Positions 8,855 to 17,723 of a DNA stretch of 41,870 nucleotides are shown here, one piece after another. Every line of letters starts with the position of its first letter. Within the stretch, counting starts at the first letter, position 1. The stretch is from positions 1 to 41,870 of the forward strand of contig DYDL01000003.1 of the NCBI GenBank assembly GCA_020717925.1. The letters are read 5' to 3'. Source of the DNA: Desulfocapsa sp. GTDB lineage: Bacteria; Desulfobacterota; Desulfobulbia; Desulfobulbales; CG2-30-60-27. Made by a program: the position numbers and the translations under genes. The notes under the pieces are model-generated. The model was not told the DNA's origin and searched no databases. It was given only the letters and a program-made list of their open reading frames with translations.

Positions 8855-9148
8855 CTAGCCGGCCAACTGGTGCAGGGTAGGAACCAGGAATTTTTGCAGA
8901 AACATGATGGCCAGAATCAGTACCATGGGTGAAAAATCAATGCCGCCCATGGCCAGAAAGGGCAGCAGACGTCGGAGGCGCGATAGTATCGGCTCGGTGA
9001 CCGCATGCAGGAAGCGGACCACCGGGTTATAAGGGTCGGCGTTGACCCAGGAGATGATGACCCGGCCAATGGTGACCCAGATATAGGCGTCGCACACGAA
9101 GTTGATCAGATAGGCCAGGGCGCTGAAGAAGTTGCTGAGCACGAACAT
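8855..9148 (-). CDS. yggT: YggT family membrane protein
   Basis: SWVNADPYNPVVRFL..VTEP, GGIDFSP. Confidence 0.93.
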   Translation of the reverse strand: MFVLSNFFSALAYLINFVCDAYIWVTIGRVIISWVNADPYNPVVRFLHAVTEPILSRLRRLLPFLAMGGIDFSPMVLILAIMFLQKFLVPTLHQLAG

Positions 9149-9183
9149 AGCGTATTTTCTCCGTCCTCGCGGTTAGCCGCGGG

Positions 9184-9960
9184 TCAGGGGGTGGCGGCCA
9201 GCGGCAAAAGGCTGCTGGCCATGGAGGCCACGGCCAGGCTCGGCCTGGAGTCGGGCTGGGCCAGCATAAAGGGTTTCTGGGTGCGGATGGCATTGCTGAC
9301 CGCACGGTCCAAGGGCACGGTGCCCAGCAGCAGCGGCGTGATTTTGAGAAAGGTGCCCAGCACCTTGCTCATGTTGTCGAACACGGCCACTCCTTCCTTC
9401 TTGCTCGCAACGCTGTTGATCACCAGGTGAAACCGTCTTCTATTATACCTTGAAGCCAGCACCTTGATCAAGGCATAGGCGTCGGTCAGCGCGGTGGGGT
9501 CGGGCGACAGCACCACGATGTTTTCACTCGCCCAGCGGTTGAACCACAGCACCGAGTCGCCGATGCCGGCCGCCGTGTCCACCAGGACAAAGTCAAAGCC
9601 GCCTATGACCTGATCCAGCATTTCGGTGAGAAAGGCCTGTTCCTCATAGGTGAGGCTGGCCATTTCCGGCACACCTGAACTGGCCGGCAGCAAGGAGAAG
9701 CCGGGCACGATCTCGACCAGGAGGTCGGCCGGGTCGCGGCCCTCCTCCACCGTCTCCTGCAGGGTATGGCGGGTGTTGAGCCCCAAAAGGATATCGACGT
9801 TGGCCAGACCGAGGTCGCCGTCGATGAGCAGCACCCTTTTGCCCTGGTCGGCCAAGGCCACGGCCAGGTTAACGGCCATGGAGGTTTTGCCTACCCCTCC
9901 CTTGCCGCTGCTGATACAGATGATGCGGGGCGCGGTCTGCCCGGCGCTGGATTTGCTCAT
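9184..9960 (-). CDS. MinD/ParA-family ATPase, FlhG/FleN-like
   Basis: SGKGGVGKT, DGDLGLANVD, DTAAGIG, PDPTALTDAYALIK. Confidence 0.88.
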   Translation of the reverse strand: MSKSSAGQTAPRIICISSGKGGVGKTSMAVNLAVALADQGKRVLLIDGDLGLANVDILLGLNTRHTLQETVEEGRDPADLLVEIVPGFSLLPASSGVPEMASLTYEEQAFLTEMLDQVIGGFDFVLVDTAAGIGDSVLWFNRWASENIVVLSPDPTALTDAYALIKVLASRYNRRRFHLVINSVASKKEGVAVFDNMSKVLGTFLKITPLLLGTVPLDRAVSNAIRTQKPFMLAQPDSRPSLAVASMASSLLPLAATP

Positions 9961-10271
9961 GAGTGTCCGCTGCCTTTGTTGAACAGGGTAAAAAGTTGGG
10001 ACCGCTCTTCCACCGTCACCTGGCCGGCGTCGGGCTGGCAGGTGGTCTCCGCCCCCATCCTTCTGGCAACACCGCCGAGGGTAAGGGCCGTCTTCCTTAG
10101 CAGATGCGCGGCCCGGTGTTGTTCCAGATTGTCGTCATAGAGGATCAGTCCCAAAACTGTGTCGTTGGCCTCGTCGGTGATTGTCAGGGGATGGACTGGG
10201 TGGCTTATGGCCTGTTGCGCCACGGTCTCATAGAACCGGGTCGCCCCTTTGCGCTGGATGGAGTTTTTCAT
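9957..10271 (-). CDS. Hypothetical protein, 104 aa
   Basis: ATGA overlaps with both metG stop and the downstream ATPase start, implying a real coupled gene. Confidence 0.6.
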   Translation of the reverse strand: MKNSIQRKGATRFYETVAQQAISHPVHPLTITDEANDTVLGLILYDDNLEQHRAAHLLRKTALTLGGVARRMGAETTCQPDAGQVTVEERSQLFTLFNKGSGHS

Positions 10272-12187
10272 GAAAGCCTGCTGCCTGGTGGCACTGGTTC
10301 CGGCACGGTGGGCAGCACCAGTCGGCCGTCATGCTTTACGGCCAGCACCATGCCCTGGGAGGTGACGCCCATGAGTTTTGCTGGTTTGAGGTTGGCCACC
10401 AGCAAGACCTGGCGCCCGATCATCTCCTCGGGGCTATGGAACTCGGCAATACCGGCCACCACGGTACGTTCCTCGGGCGCCTGTACGGTAAGTTTAAGCA
10501 AGCGGTCCGATTTGGGGAGACGGGTCGCGGCGATCACGGTCGCCACCCGCAGTTCCACCTTCTGGAAATCCTCGTAGGCCAGCAGGTTGTCGTCAGCAGC
10601 CGGGACGACCGGGCCGGCTGCCTGCGACTGGGCTTTGGCGGCGGCCGGTTCTTCCTTTGCGGCTTTGTCCGTTTTGAGACGGGGGAACAGGTTGGGCAGC
10701 ATGGCCACCGGCGTGCCGGCCATAAGCAGCCCCCATCTGCCCTGGCTGGCCATGTCCGGCCGGGTTTCCAGGTGCAGGGCAGCGGCCATCTGGGCGGCGG
10801 CGCTCGGCATGATGGGCGTCAGCACCAAGGTGACCAACCGCAGGGTCTCCAGCAGGTGATAGAGCACCGTGGCCAGCCGGGGGGCGTTGGCCGGCTCCTT
10901 GGCCAGTTCCCAGGGGGCGTTGGTGACGATGTAGCGATTGGCCCGGCTGATCACCTCCCAGACCGCCTGCAGGGCGCGGTGGAAGGCGAAACCGTCCATG
11001 GCCGCGGTGTAGTCGGAGAGCATGGCAAGGGTTGCGTCGGCCAGTTCCTGGTCCTGCGCCAATGCCTCGCCTGGGGTTGGCACCTTGCTGTTGGCGAAGT
11101 TCTGCACCATGGTAAGGGAGCGGGAAAAGAGGTTGCCCAGGTCGTTGGCCAGGTCCGAGTTGCGCCGTGCCGCCATCGCCTCCACCGTAAAGGCGGTGTC
11201 CAGCCCAAAGACCATCTCGCGCATGAGGAAGTAGCGCACCGTGTCGACCCCGAATTGGGCCACCATTTCCAGCGGCCCGACCACGTTGCCCAGGCTCTTG
11301 GACATCTTGGCCTCGCCCATGTTCCAGTAACCGTGCACATGCAGCCGTTTATAGACCGGCAACCCCAGTGCTTTCAGCATGGTGGGCCAGAAGATGGCGT
11401 GCGGCTTCAGGATGTCCTTGGCAATGACGTGCTCCGCCGTGGCCCAGCGCGCCTCGAAGTCCGGTCCGGTCGGGTAGCCGATGCCGGTGATGTAGTTGAT
11501 CAGGGCGTCGAACCAGACGTAGGTGACGAAACGGTCGTCAAAAGGCAGGGGGATGCCCCAGGTCAGCCGCTCCTTGGGCCGCGAGATGCAGAGATCCTCC
11601 AGCGGTTCCTTGAGAAAGGAGAGCACCTCGTTTTTGTAGCGCTCCGGGGTAATGAACTCCGGATGCTCCTGGATGTGGCGGATGAGCCATTCCTGGAATT
11701 TGCCCATGTGGAAGAAATAGTTCTGCTCGGCCATCAGTTGCGGCTGGGTGTGGTGGTCCGGGCACTTGCCGTCGATCAGTTCCTTTTCCGTGAGAAAGCG
11801 CTCGCAGCCCTGGCAGTAAAGGCCGGTATAGTCGGAAAAGTAGATGTTGCCCTGGTCGTAGACCTTTTGCAGCACCGCCTGCACCGTCCGGATGTGCTCC
11901 GGGTCGGTGGTGCGGATGAAGTGGTCCGGCGCGATGTCCAATGGCGGCCAGGCCTGGCGGAACATGGCGCTGATCTGGTCGGTATAGGCCTTGGGTTCCA
12001 GGCCACCCTTTTCCGCCGCGGCCACGATTTTGTCGCCGTGCTCGTCGGTGCCGGTCTGAAAAAAGACCGTTTCACCCCGCAGCCGGCGATAGCGGCAGAC
12101 CACGTCGGCCACCAGGGTGGAGTAGGCGTGGCCCAGGTGGGGCTGGGCGTTGACATAGAAGATGGGCGTGGTGATATAGAGGCTCAT
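10268..12187 (-). CDS. metG: Methionine--tRNA ligase with C-terminal OB/tRNA-binding domain
   Basis: YITTPIFYVN, HLGH, GTDEHG, YVWFDAL, KMSKS, NLKPAKLMGVTSQGM; GGAGGAG RBS before ATG 12187. Confidence 0.96.
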   Translation of the reverse strand: MSLYITTPIFYVNAQPHLGHAYSTLVADVVCRYRRLRGETVFFQTGTDEHGDKIVAAAEKGGLEPKAYTDQISAMFRQAWPPLDIAPDHFIRTTDPEHIRTVQAVLQKVYDQGNIYFSDYTGLYCQGCERFLTEKELIDGKCPDHHTQPQLMAEQNYFFHMGKFQEWLIRHIQEHPEFITPERYKNEVLSFLKEPLEDLCISRPKERLTWGIPLPFDDRFVTYVWFDALINYITGIGYPTGPDFEARWATAEHVIAKDILKPHAIFWPTMLKALGLPVYKRLHVHGYWNMGEAKMSKSLGNVVGPLEMVAQFGVDTVRYFLMREMVFGLDTAFTVEAMAARRNSDLANDLGNLFSRSLTMVQNFANSKVPTPGEALAQDQELADATLAMLSDYTAAMDGFAFHRALQAVWEVISRANRYIVTNAPWELAKEPANAPRLATVLYHLLETLRLVTLVLTPIMPSAAAQMAAALHLETRPDMASQGRWGLLMAGTPVAMLPNLFPRLKTDKAAKEEPAAAKAQSQAAGPVVPAADDNLLAYEDFQKVELRVATVIAATRLPKSDRLLKLTVQAPEERTVVAGIAEFHSPEEMIGRQVLLVANLKPAKLMGVTSQGMVLAVKHDGRLVLPTVPEPVPPGSRLS

Positions 12188-13132
12188 TACTCCTCCACGG
12201 GGTCTTTCGGCGCCGGTTTTTGGGCGGCGGGGCGGGGGTGGCCGCTTTTTCTGGGGCCGGGCGGCCGGCTCGATGTTTTCCCATTCCGGCCGGGTGAGCA
12301 CGCGGTGGACTTTGGGATCTTCCGGGTTGATCACCACCACCGTCTCTTCCAGGACGTTGTTCTGAATCACCTTGCAGGCCACGCCATCAATCATGATCGT
12401 CTTGCCCAGTTTCGGCATGTGTTTGCGGATGGCGTGGTAGGTGTCGTACTCATAGGTGAGACAGCAGAGCAGCCGGTTGCAGAGGCCGGAGATCTTGGTC
12501 GGGTTGAGCGAGAGGTTCTGCTCCTTGGCCATCTTGATCGACACCGGGGCAAAGGTCTTGATGAACGAGGAGCAGCATAACTCCCGGCCGCAGCACCCCA
12601 GGCCGCCGATCATCTTGGTCTCGTGGCGCACGCCGACCTGACGGATTTCCACCCGGGTGCGGAACTCCTGCACCAGATCCTTGACCAGCTCGCGAAAGTC
12701 AACCCGGTTTTCCGAGGTAAAGAAGAAGATGATCTTGCTGCCGTTGAAGAAGCGCTCCACCTTGATGAGCTTCATGGTCAGGCCGTGCCGGGCGATGTGC
12801 TGCTCGCAGAGGACAAAGGCCTCGTGTTCCCGCTCGATCAGGCGCTGGAATTTTTCGTTTTCCTCGCGGCTGCCACGGCGGATAAGGGTGAAGGAGGCCA
12901 TGGACTTGTCGTTGGCCTCGGGTGGCACGGGCTGGCTGGAGCTTTTCACCCAGGCCGGTTCCGCTCCTTTTTCGGTCTGCACCATGACTATTTCGCCCAT
13001 CTTGAGGCCGGTGATACGGCCGGCGGCGGCATAGATCGGCTCGTGTTGGCGGAACTGGATGTGGCACCAGTTGACGGTCTCGGCCGGCCGTTCCTGGTTG
13101 TCCGTGTTTTCCATGGTTTCGGGCTGGGTCAT
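12187..13132 (-). CDS. PSP1 / stage-0 sporulation family (RicT/YaaT-like) Fe-S protein; reads in frame into metG in this sequence
   Basis: RVDFRELVKDL, GCCGRELCCSSF, ISGLCNRLLCCLTYE; follows holB as usual; likely native TAA (12187-12189) is in another frame. Confidence 0.85.
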
Positions 13133-13199
13133 GGTGTGATTTATCCGTGGGTTACAGGCGGCGCCAGGCGCTCGGGAAAGACAAAGACAAATTATACCA

Positions 13200-14204
13200 T
13201 CAAAGCATGGCAAAGAAAAGAACTTCGCAGACCAGCGTTGCCCGGCAGTTGTGGCCAAGCTGCCTTCTGGCAACGCGCAGGAGCTCCAGGTTGCGCAGCA
13301 GCATGGGCAGGCTCCAGCGGGTGCGGGCAATGGGCAACAGTTCGGCAAGGTCGGGGCTGGCCAGTTGTGCGTCGGTCACACCCATCTGGTGCATGATGAG
13401 ATCACGGAACCAGACACCCAGCAGGGTCAGGAGGTCCGGCAGGTCGTCCTTTCGGGCCGCGGCAGCATCGGCCCGGGCCAGGAGTGGGCCAAAGGTGGCT
13501 GGAGAGCCGGCCTGGCAATGGCACAGGGTGGCGGCGATGCTGGCCCGCTCCGCCAGCAACCCTTTTTCATGCAGCAGGCGGGCGCGTCCCAGGCTGCCTT
13601 CGGTAAGGCGCGCCAGGGCCATGGCCGCGTCCGGTTCCAGGCCGTCCAACGCGGTCAGGGTACGGGCCACCTCGTCGCAGGGCAGGGGGAAGAAGGGGAT
13701 CACCTGGCAGCGCGACTGGATGGTGGGCAACACCTTGCCGGACTCGTCGGCGGTGAGCACCAGGATGGTGTCGGTCGGCGGTTCCTCAAGGGTCTTGAGC
13801 AGACTGTTGGCGGTTTCCTTGCGCTGCATGGTGAGGTGGACGTCAGGCAGCAGCACGAAGCGCACCTTGGCCTCGTGCGGGGCAAAGCGCAGACCCTTTT
13901 GTAATTCCCGCACCTGATCGATTTTGATGATGCCCTTGATCGGTTCTACTTCCAGCAGGTCGGGGTGGCTGTTGGCCGCGAACTTGACGCAGGAGGCGCA
14001 GAGCGTGCAGGCGTCGCCGTGCTCCGGCGCCAGGCAGTTGCAGAGGGCGGCCAGGGTGCGGGCCGCCCTTTTCTTGCCCACCCCGGCCGGCCCCCGGAAC
14101 AGGTAGGCGTGGGGCATGGTCTGGTTGGCCAGGGCTCGGCCAAGGAGCTTTTTAGCCTTGGCCTGGCCCATGAGGTTGTTTATGGTGAGGGCGTCGGGAT
14201 GCAT
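13200..14204 (-). CDS. holB: DNA polymerase III subunit delta'
   Basis: HAYLFRGPAGVGK, Cys cluster, HPD, NSLLKTLEEPP, PTIQSRCQ. Confidence 0.95.
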   Translation of the reverse strand: MHPDALTINNLMGQAKAKKLLGRALANQTMPHAYLFRGPAGVGKKRAARTLAALCNCLAPEHGDACTLCASCVKFAANSHPDLLEVEPIKGIIKIDQVRELQKGLRFAPHEAKVRFVLLPDVHLTMQRKETANSLLKTLEEPPTDTILVLTADESGKVLPTIQSRCQVIPFFPLPCDEVARTLTALDGLEPDAAMALARLTEGSLGRARLLHEKGLLAERASIAATLCHCQAGSPATFGPLLARADAAAARKDDLPDLLTLLGVWFRDLIMHQMGVTDAQLASPDLAELLPIARTRWSLPMLLRNLELLRVARRQLGHNCRATLVCEVLFFAML

Positions 14205-14206
14205 GG

Positions 14207-15292
14207 TTACCAGAGGGCGGCCTGCTTGGGGCCTTTGGCGGCGGCGTCCGGCAATTCCTTTGGAACGGGTGGCGCTGCACTGGTTTGGTGGGGTGGGTGG
14301 GGCAGCGGTTCCGGGGCCATCTCGCCGGCCGCCCGGCCGCGGACAAAGAGGAAGCGCTCCATGGTCTTTTGATATTCAGACCACTGGTAGCCTGGTTCCT
14401 TGGCCTGATCCGCCAACCGATTCAGGTAGTTGATCTTGGCGTCCAGGTCGTCGATCAGGTTGAGCACAAAGGCCTCGGTCGTCATGGGCAGGGCCGGCGA
14501 GCCGAACTCGTGGCGGCCGTGGTGGCTCAGGATGAGATGCTTCAGCCGATCCGCCAGCTCCTGGGGGAAGTCCGCCAGGGTTGCGACCGCACCCTGCACC
14601 ATTTCGACGCCCAGGACGAGATGGCCCATGAGCCTCCCCTGGTCCGAGTAATCAAAGGGGGGGACATCAAAGGAGAATTCCCGGGTCTTGCCGATATCGT
14701 GGACCAGGGCGCCGGCAATCAGCAGGGGTCGGTCCAGTTCCGGGTAGCTGTCGCAGACCTTGGCCGCCAGCCGGGCCACGGCCACGGTGTGCTCAAGCAG
14801 GCCACCCAGGCAGGCATGGTGCATGTGCTTGGCGGCCGGCGCCTTGACGAACTGTTGGCTGAAGTCCGGCGCGGTGAAGAGGTGTTGCAGCAGGGCGCGC
14901 AGTTGCGGGTGCTCCAGGCCACCGATGATGGCGTGCAGCTCCTGCTCCAGGGCCGCCAGGTTGGCGGCGGAGACGGGCATGAACTGGGCCGGGTCCACCT
15001 CGGGCGGGGCCACTGCCTTGAGGTCGTTGACCTTGAGCTGGACAATGCCCTTGTAGGCCTGGGCCTGGGCCTCAACGTAAACAAAACCACCGGCCGGACA
15101 GTGCGGGGCTAGAAGTTCGGCATTGTCCCAGACCCGAGCCGCCAGGTCGCCAGTGCGGTCCATGAGGGTGAGCATTAGGTAGGGTTTGCCCCCCTTGGTC
15201 TCACCCCGGCCCATCTGCCGCACCAGGAAGACCCCGCGCACGGCCTGGCCGTCGGTTATGTCCTTGATGAATACTCCCTTGTCCGTGGTCAC
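14207..15292 (-). CDS. yhaM: OB-fold + HD-domain 3'-5' exoribonuclease, YhaM family
   Basis: PAAKHMHHA..GGLLEHT, HDIGK, LMGHL, ILSHHG, IDDLDAK. Confidence 0.88.
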   Translation of the reverse strand: MTTDKGVFIKDITDGQAVRGVFLVRQMGRGETKGGKPYLMLTLMDRTGDLAARVWDNAELLAPHCPAGGFVYVEAQAQAYKGIVQLKVNDLKAVAPPEVDPAQFMPVSAANLAALEQELHAIIGGLEHPQLRALLQHLFTAPDFSQQFVKAPAAKHMHHACLGGLLEHTVAVARLAAKVCDSYPELDRPLLIAGALVHDIGKTREFSFDVPPFDYSDQGRLMGHLVLGVEMVQGAVATLADFPQELADRLKHLILSHHGRHEFGSPALPMTTEAFVLNLIDDLDAKINYLNRLADQAKEPGYQWSEYQKTMERFLFVRGRAAGEMAPEPLPHPPHQTSAAPPVPKELPDAAAKGPKQAALW

Positions 15293-15312
15293 GAATTTGT
15301 ATCCTTTTTCCG

Positions 15313-16284
15313 CTATTCTGTAAGCTCATCGCAAAAATGCCGGGCCATCAAAAACAGCCAAGGAATTTGGCTTCTCTGCAAGAGTGAAACATTGTAGTCT
15401 GTAGCAACAGATTCCGTTGAAACAATTTGACCTAAATCAGAAATGATATACGAATGCCCATGGTTATCGGATCTTCCTGGATTAATGCACGCTCTAATCA
15501 AGGAAGTGAATACTTCAACAAAACAAGTCTGCCCACCAAGGTGTTCCCACCAATCAAGTCCAATTCTCACGGATACATTGACGGTGATTCCATTTGCCTT
15601 GAAGGCGCAGTTCCATCTGTTGCTGGGATCAATTGTTATGGCGCGAATTTTCTTTTCCTGAATGTTCCGTAGAATATGCCAATCTTTCTTGTTGGATATT
15701 TTAGGCGTTCCATACAAAACGCCATAAGTGAAGTCAATTTTTGTTCTTCCAGCAGCGTTTGCCCATGATCTATAGTTATTTATTATCGCGTCCGCAAAAT
15801 TTTCGCTCATCTCATCGTTCAAGCATCTTGGCCCGCTTTTCAGGGTTGCAAGGCGCAATAAAGATACTTCTGTTTTTCTGCCATCCAACGCCGAGTTACT
15901 GGTGTGCATCTCGCTAGCTACACACTCCCAGCCATAGGCTGGTAGCGCCACCTCTTCCACCATGCGACCCGCGGATGTCTCCATTGATGAAAACTGTTTT
16001 GCAGGAAGAATGTCGCTCTCAATTTCACTTATTTTTGTGTAGTTTTTTTGTCTAGCATGAATCAACAGGACATAAGGACTAGTACTAAACTTTTGAAAAG
16101 TTGCGTCTCCAGCAGGTAGTGATGTAATGTGAAAATCTATTTTACGCCGAAATTGATTTTCCATGGAAAGAACCCGATTACGGCATTCTTCGGATGAATC
16201 TACGTTTTCAAGTTGCGTTAGTAATGTTTTTTTAGAGATATTTCTCGGGGTTGCCTTTGGAAGTCCCTTGTGTCCGCGTGCCAT
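15313..16284 (-). CDS. Putative type II restriction endonuclease (PD-(D/E)XK-like)
   Basis: AT-rich, coupled to C5 MTase (1-nt gap); ETSAG..E, D...LKSGP..LND motif resembles GGNCC/GGWCC-type REase families. Confidence 0.7.
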   Translation of the reverse strand: MARGHKGLPKATPRNISKKTLLTQLENVDSSEECRNRVLSMENQFRRKIDFHITSLPAGDATFQKFSTSPYVLLIHARQKNYTKISEIESDILPAKQFSSMETSAGRMVEEVALPAYGWECVASEMHTSNSALDGRKTEVSLLRLATLKSGPRCLNDEMSENFADAIINNYRSWANAAGRTKIDFTYGVLYGTPKISNKKDWHILRNIQEKKIRAITIDPSNRWNCAFKANGITVNVSVRIGLDWWEHLGGQTCFVEVFTSLIRACINPGRSDNHGHSYIISDLGQIVSTESVATDYNVSLLQRSQIPWLFLMARHFCDELTE

Positions 16285-16285
16285 G

Positions 16286-17659
16286 TTATTTTATCCCTCT
16301 GATCCTTTTGACTGTTTTGGGGACTCCATACGCGGCGCCGCCATTTTCTTCATTTTCGTCCCAGACAAAGACTTTTCCGTTCTTAAACCATTGCCTTGTT
16401 CTAACATGGGATTGCATATAAACAATACGCGGCTCATATGAGCTTGCTGACGCATGCTGAGGATGCATGCCTTGATCAGAAATTAATTGGAGATTTTTCG
16501 CAAGTACATTACCCGCAACTATTCCCAATCGTATAGGAACTGCATTCCCTACCTGTGTATATTGTTCCGATACCGTACCAAAGAACTCCCAATCATCGGG
16601 AAACTCCTGTATCCTGGCATATTCACGGACTGACAGAGCACGCGTCTCCGTCGGATGGCAAAGAGAAGTGCTGGCATGATTCGGCATGGTGACCAATGTT
16701 GGACATGGAAGATCAAATGTAAGCCGCCTCCACCAGCCTGAACGCCCTCCTTTCGCAAGCCACGCCCCCCCCATCGATTCCTTTTGCAATTCTTCTGGAA
16801 GACTTCGCCAGTTCGAGCCTGGTGGAACCAATTCCAGATAGCCCTTCTTCCGTGGGCTAAAGTCAAGAACGACGGGATTCTCCTCTTTCAGGTCGGAAAT
16901 TGCATCGCCGAGCGTTTTCCAAGATTGCAATCGTGGTAGGGCAAATAGGCTCTGTTGCTTTATGGGATGATCGTTTTGTACTTGCTGGCCATGCGTTGGG
17001 GACGTGAATTCAACTTGGATGTTATAACGATTACCAACAAAGAATACTCTCTCACGGATCTGAGGCGCACCATAGTTCACTGAATTGACCTCAAAAATAT
17101 CCAAGTGATAACTGTCACCCTTTATATTTGCAAGGTCTTTGGCAAACAGTCGGACAACCGAGCCCGGTTTTTCGTCATCAGAGAGCAGTGACCCACCTTT
17201 GTCGGGCCTATCCGCAATTGGACGATGATTCAACGCTGCTGAAAGTAGACCTCTTACGTTCTCCATGAGGAAAAATTTTGGGCGTATATGTTCTACAAAC
17301 CGTAAATAATCCCACAGCAAGGTTCCACGAAGGTCTTGCGTTGTCCCTCGTTTTCCGGCGGTGCTGAAAGACTGGCATGGTGGACCTCCCACAATTACAT
17401 CAATGTCCTCAGCTCGCAAACCAATGCTATCAAGCACGGATTCTGGTGAAAGTTGCGAAATATCCGCTTCTATAACTTTCAGGTTTTTCGGTAAACGTCC
17501 ATTTTTCTGGTTAAGTCTGATCGTTTCGCAGAATGTTGAAATTTTTTCGACACACGCAACTGTTTCAAAAAGACCTGTAGCCTCAAGTCCTAGGTCTAAT
17601 CCCATGCCACCTGAAAACAGGGAAAGCACTTTATATTTTTTTACTTCTCGGTCTTCCAT
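16286..17659 (-). CDS. DNA (cytosine-5)-methyltransferase
   Basis: FSGGMG (I), GGPPCQSFS (IV), ENV (VI), QIRERV (VIII), REYARIQEFPD (IX), QVGNAVP (X); alternative TTG start 17713. Confidence 0.95.
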   Translation of the reverse strand: MEDREVKKYKVLSLFSGGMGLDLGLEATGLFETVACVEKISTFCETIRLNQKNGRLPKNLKVIEADISQLSPESVLDSIGLRAEDIDVIVGGPPCQSFSTAGKRGTTQDLRGTLLWDYLRFVEHIRPKFFLMENVRGLLSAALNHRPIADRPDKGGSLLSDDEKPGSVVRLFAKDLANIKGDSYHLDIFEVNSVNYGAPQIRERVFFVGNRYNIQVEFTSPTHGQQVQNDHPIKQQSLFALPRLQSWKTLGDAISDLKEENPVVLDFSPRKKGYLELVPPGSNWRSLPEELQKESMGGAWLAKGGRSGWWRRLTFDLPCPTLVTMPNHASTSLCHPTETRALSVREYARIQEFPDDWEFFGTVSEQYTQVGNAVPIRLGIVAGNVLAKNLQLISDQGMHPQHASASSYEPRIVYMQSHVRTRQWFKNGKVFVWDENEENGGAAYGVPKTVKRIRGIK

Positions 17660-17723
17660 TAGTTTCAACAAGTTATATGTCTTTGTTAATGATCGTGTAG
17701 CTTGGTTACCCAACAGCGGTCCG

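Noticed and set aside
10331-12580. 749-aa plus-strand ORF (also 17361-19307, 19332-20711, 31568-33535, 29108-30049)
   Set aside because: Antisense shadows of GC-rich real genes (metG, purL, pilY1, pilW) with no recognisable motifs.
10268-13348. 1026-aa ORF as a single gene starting at 13348
   Set aside because: Its first ~50 codons overlap holB in another frame; the rest is PSP1/RicT plus MetG, each with its own start.
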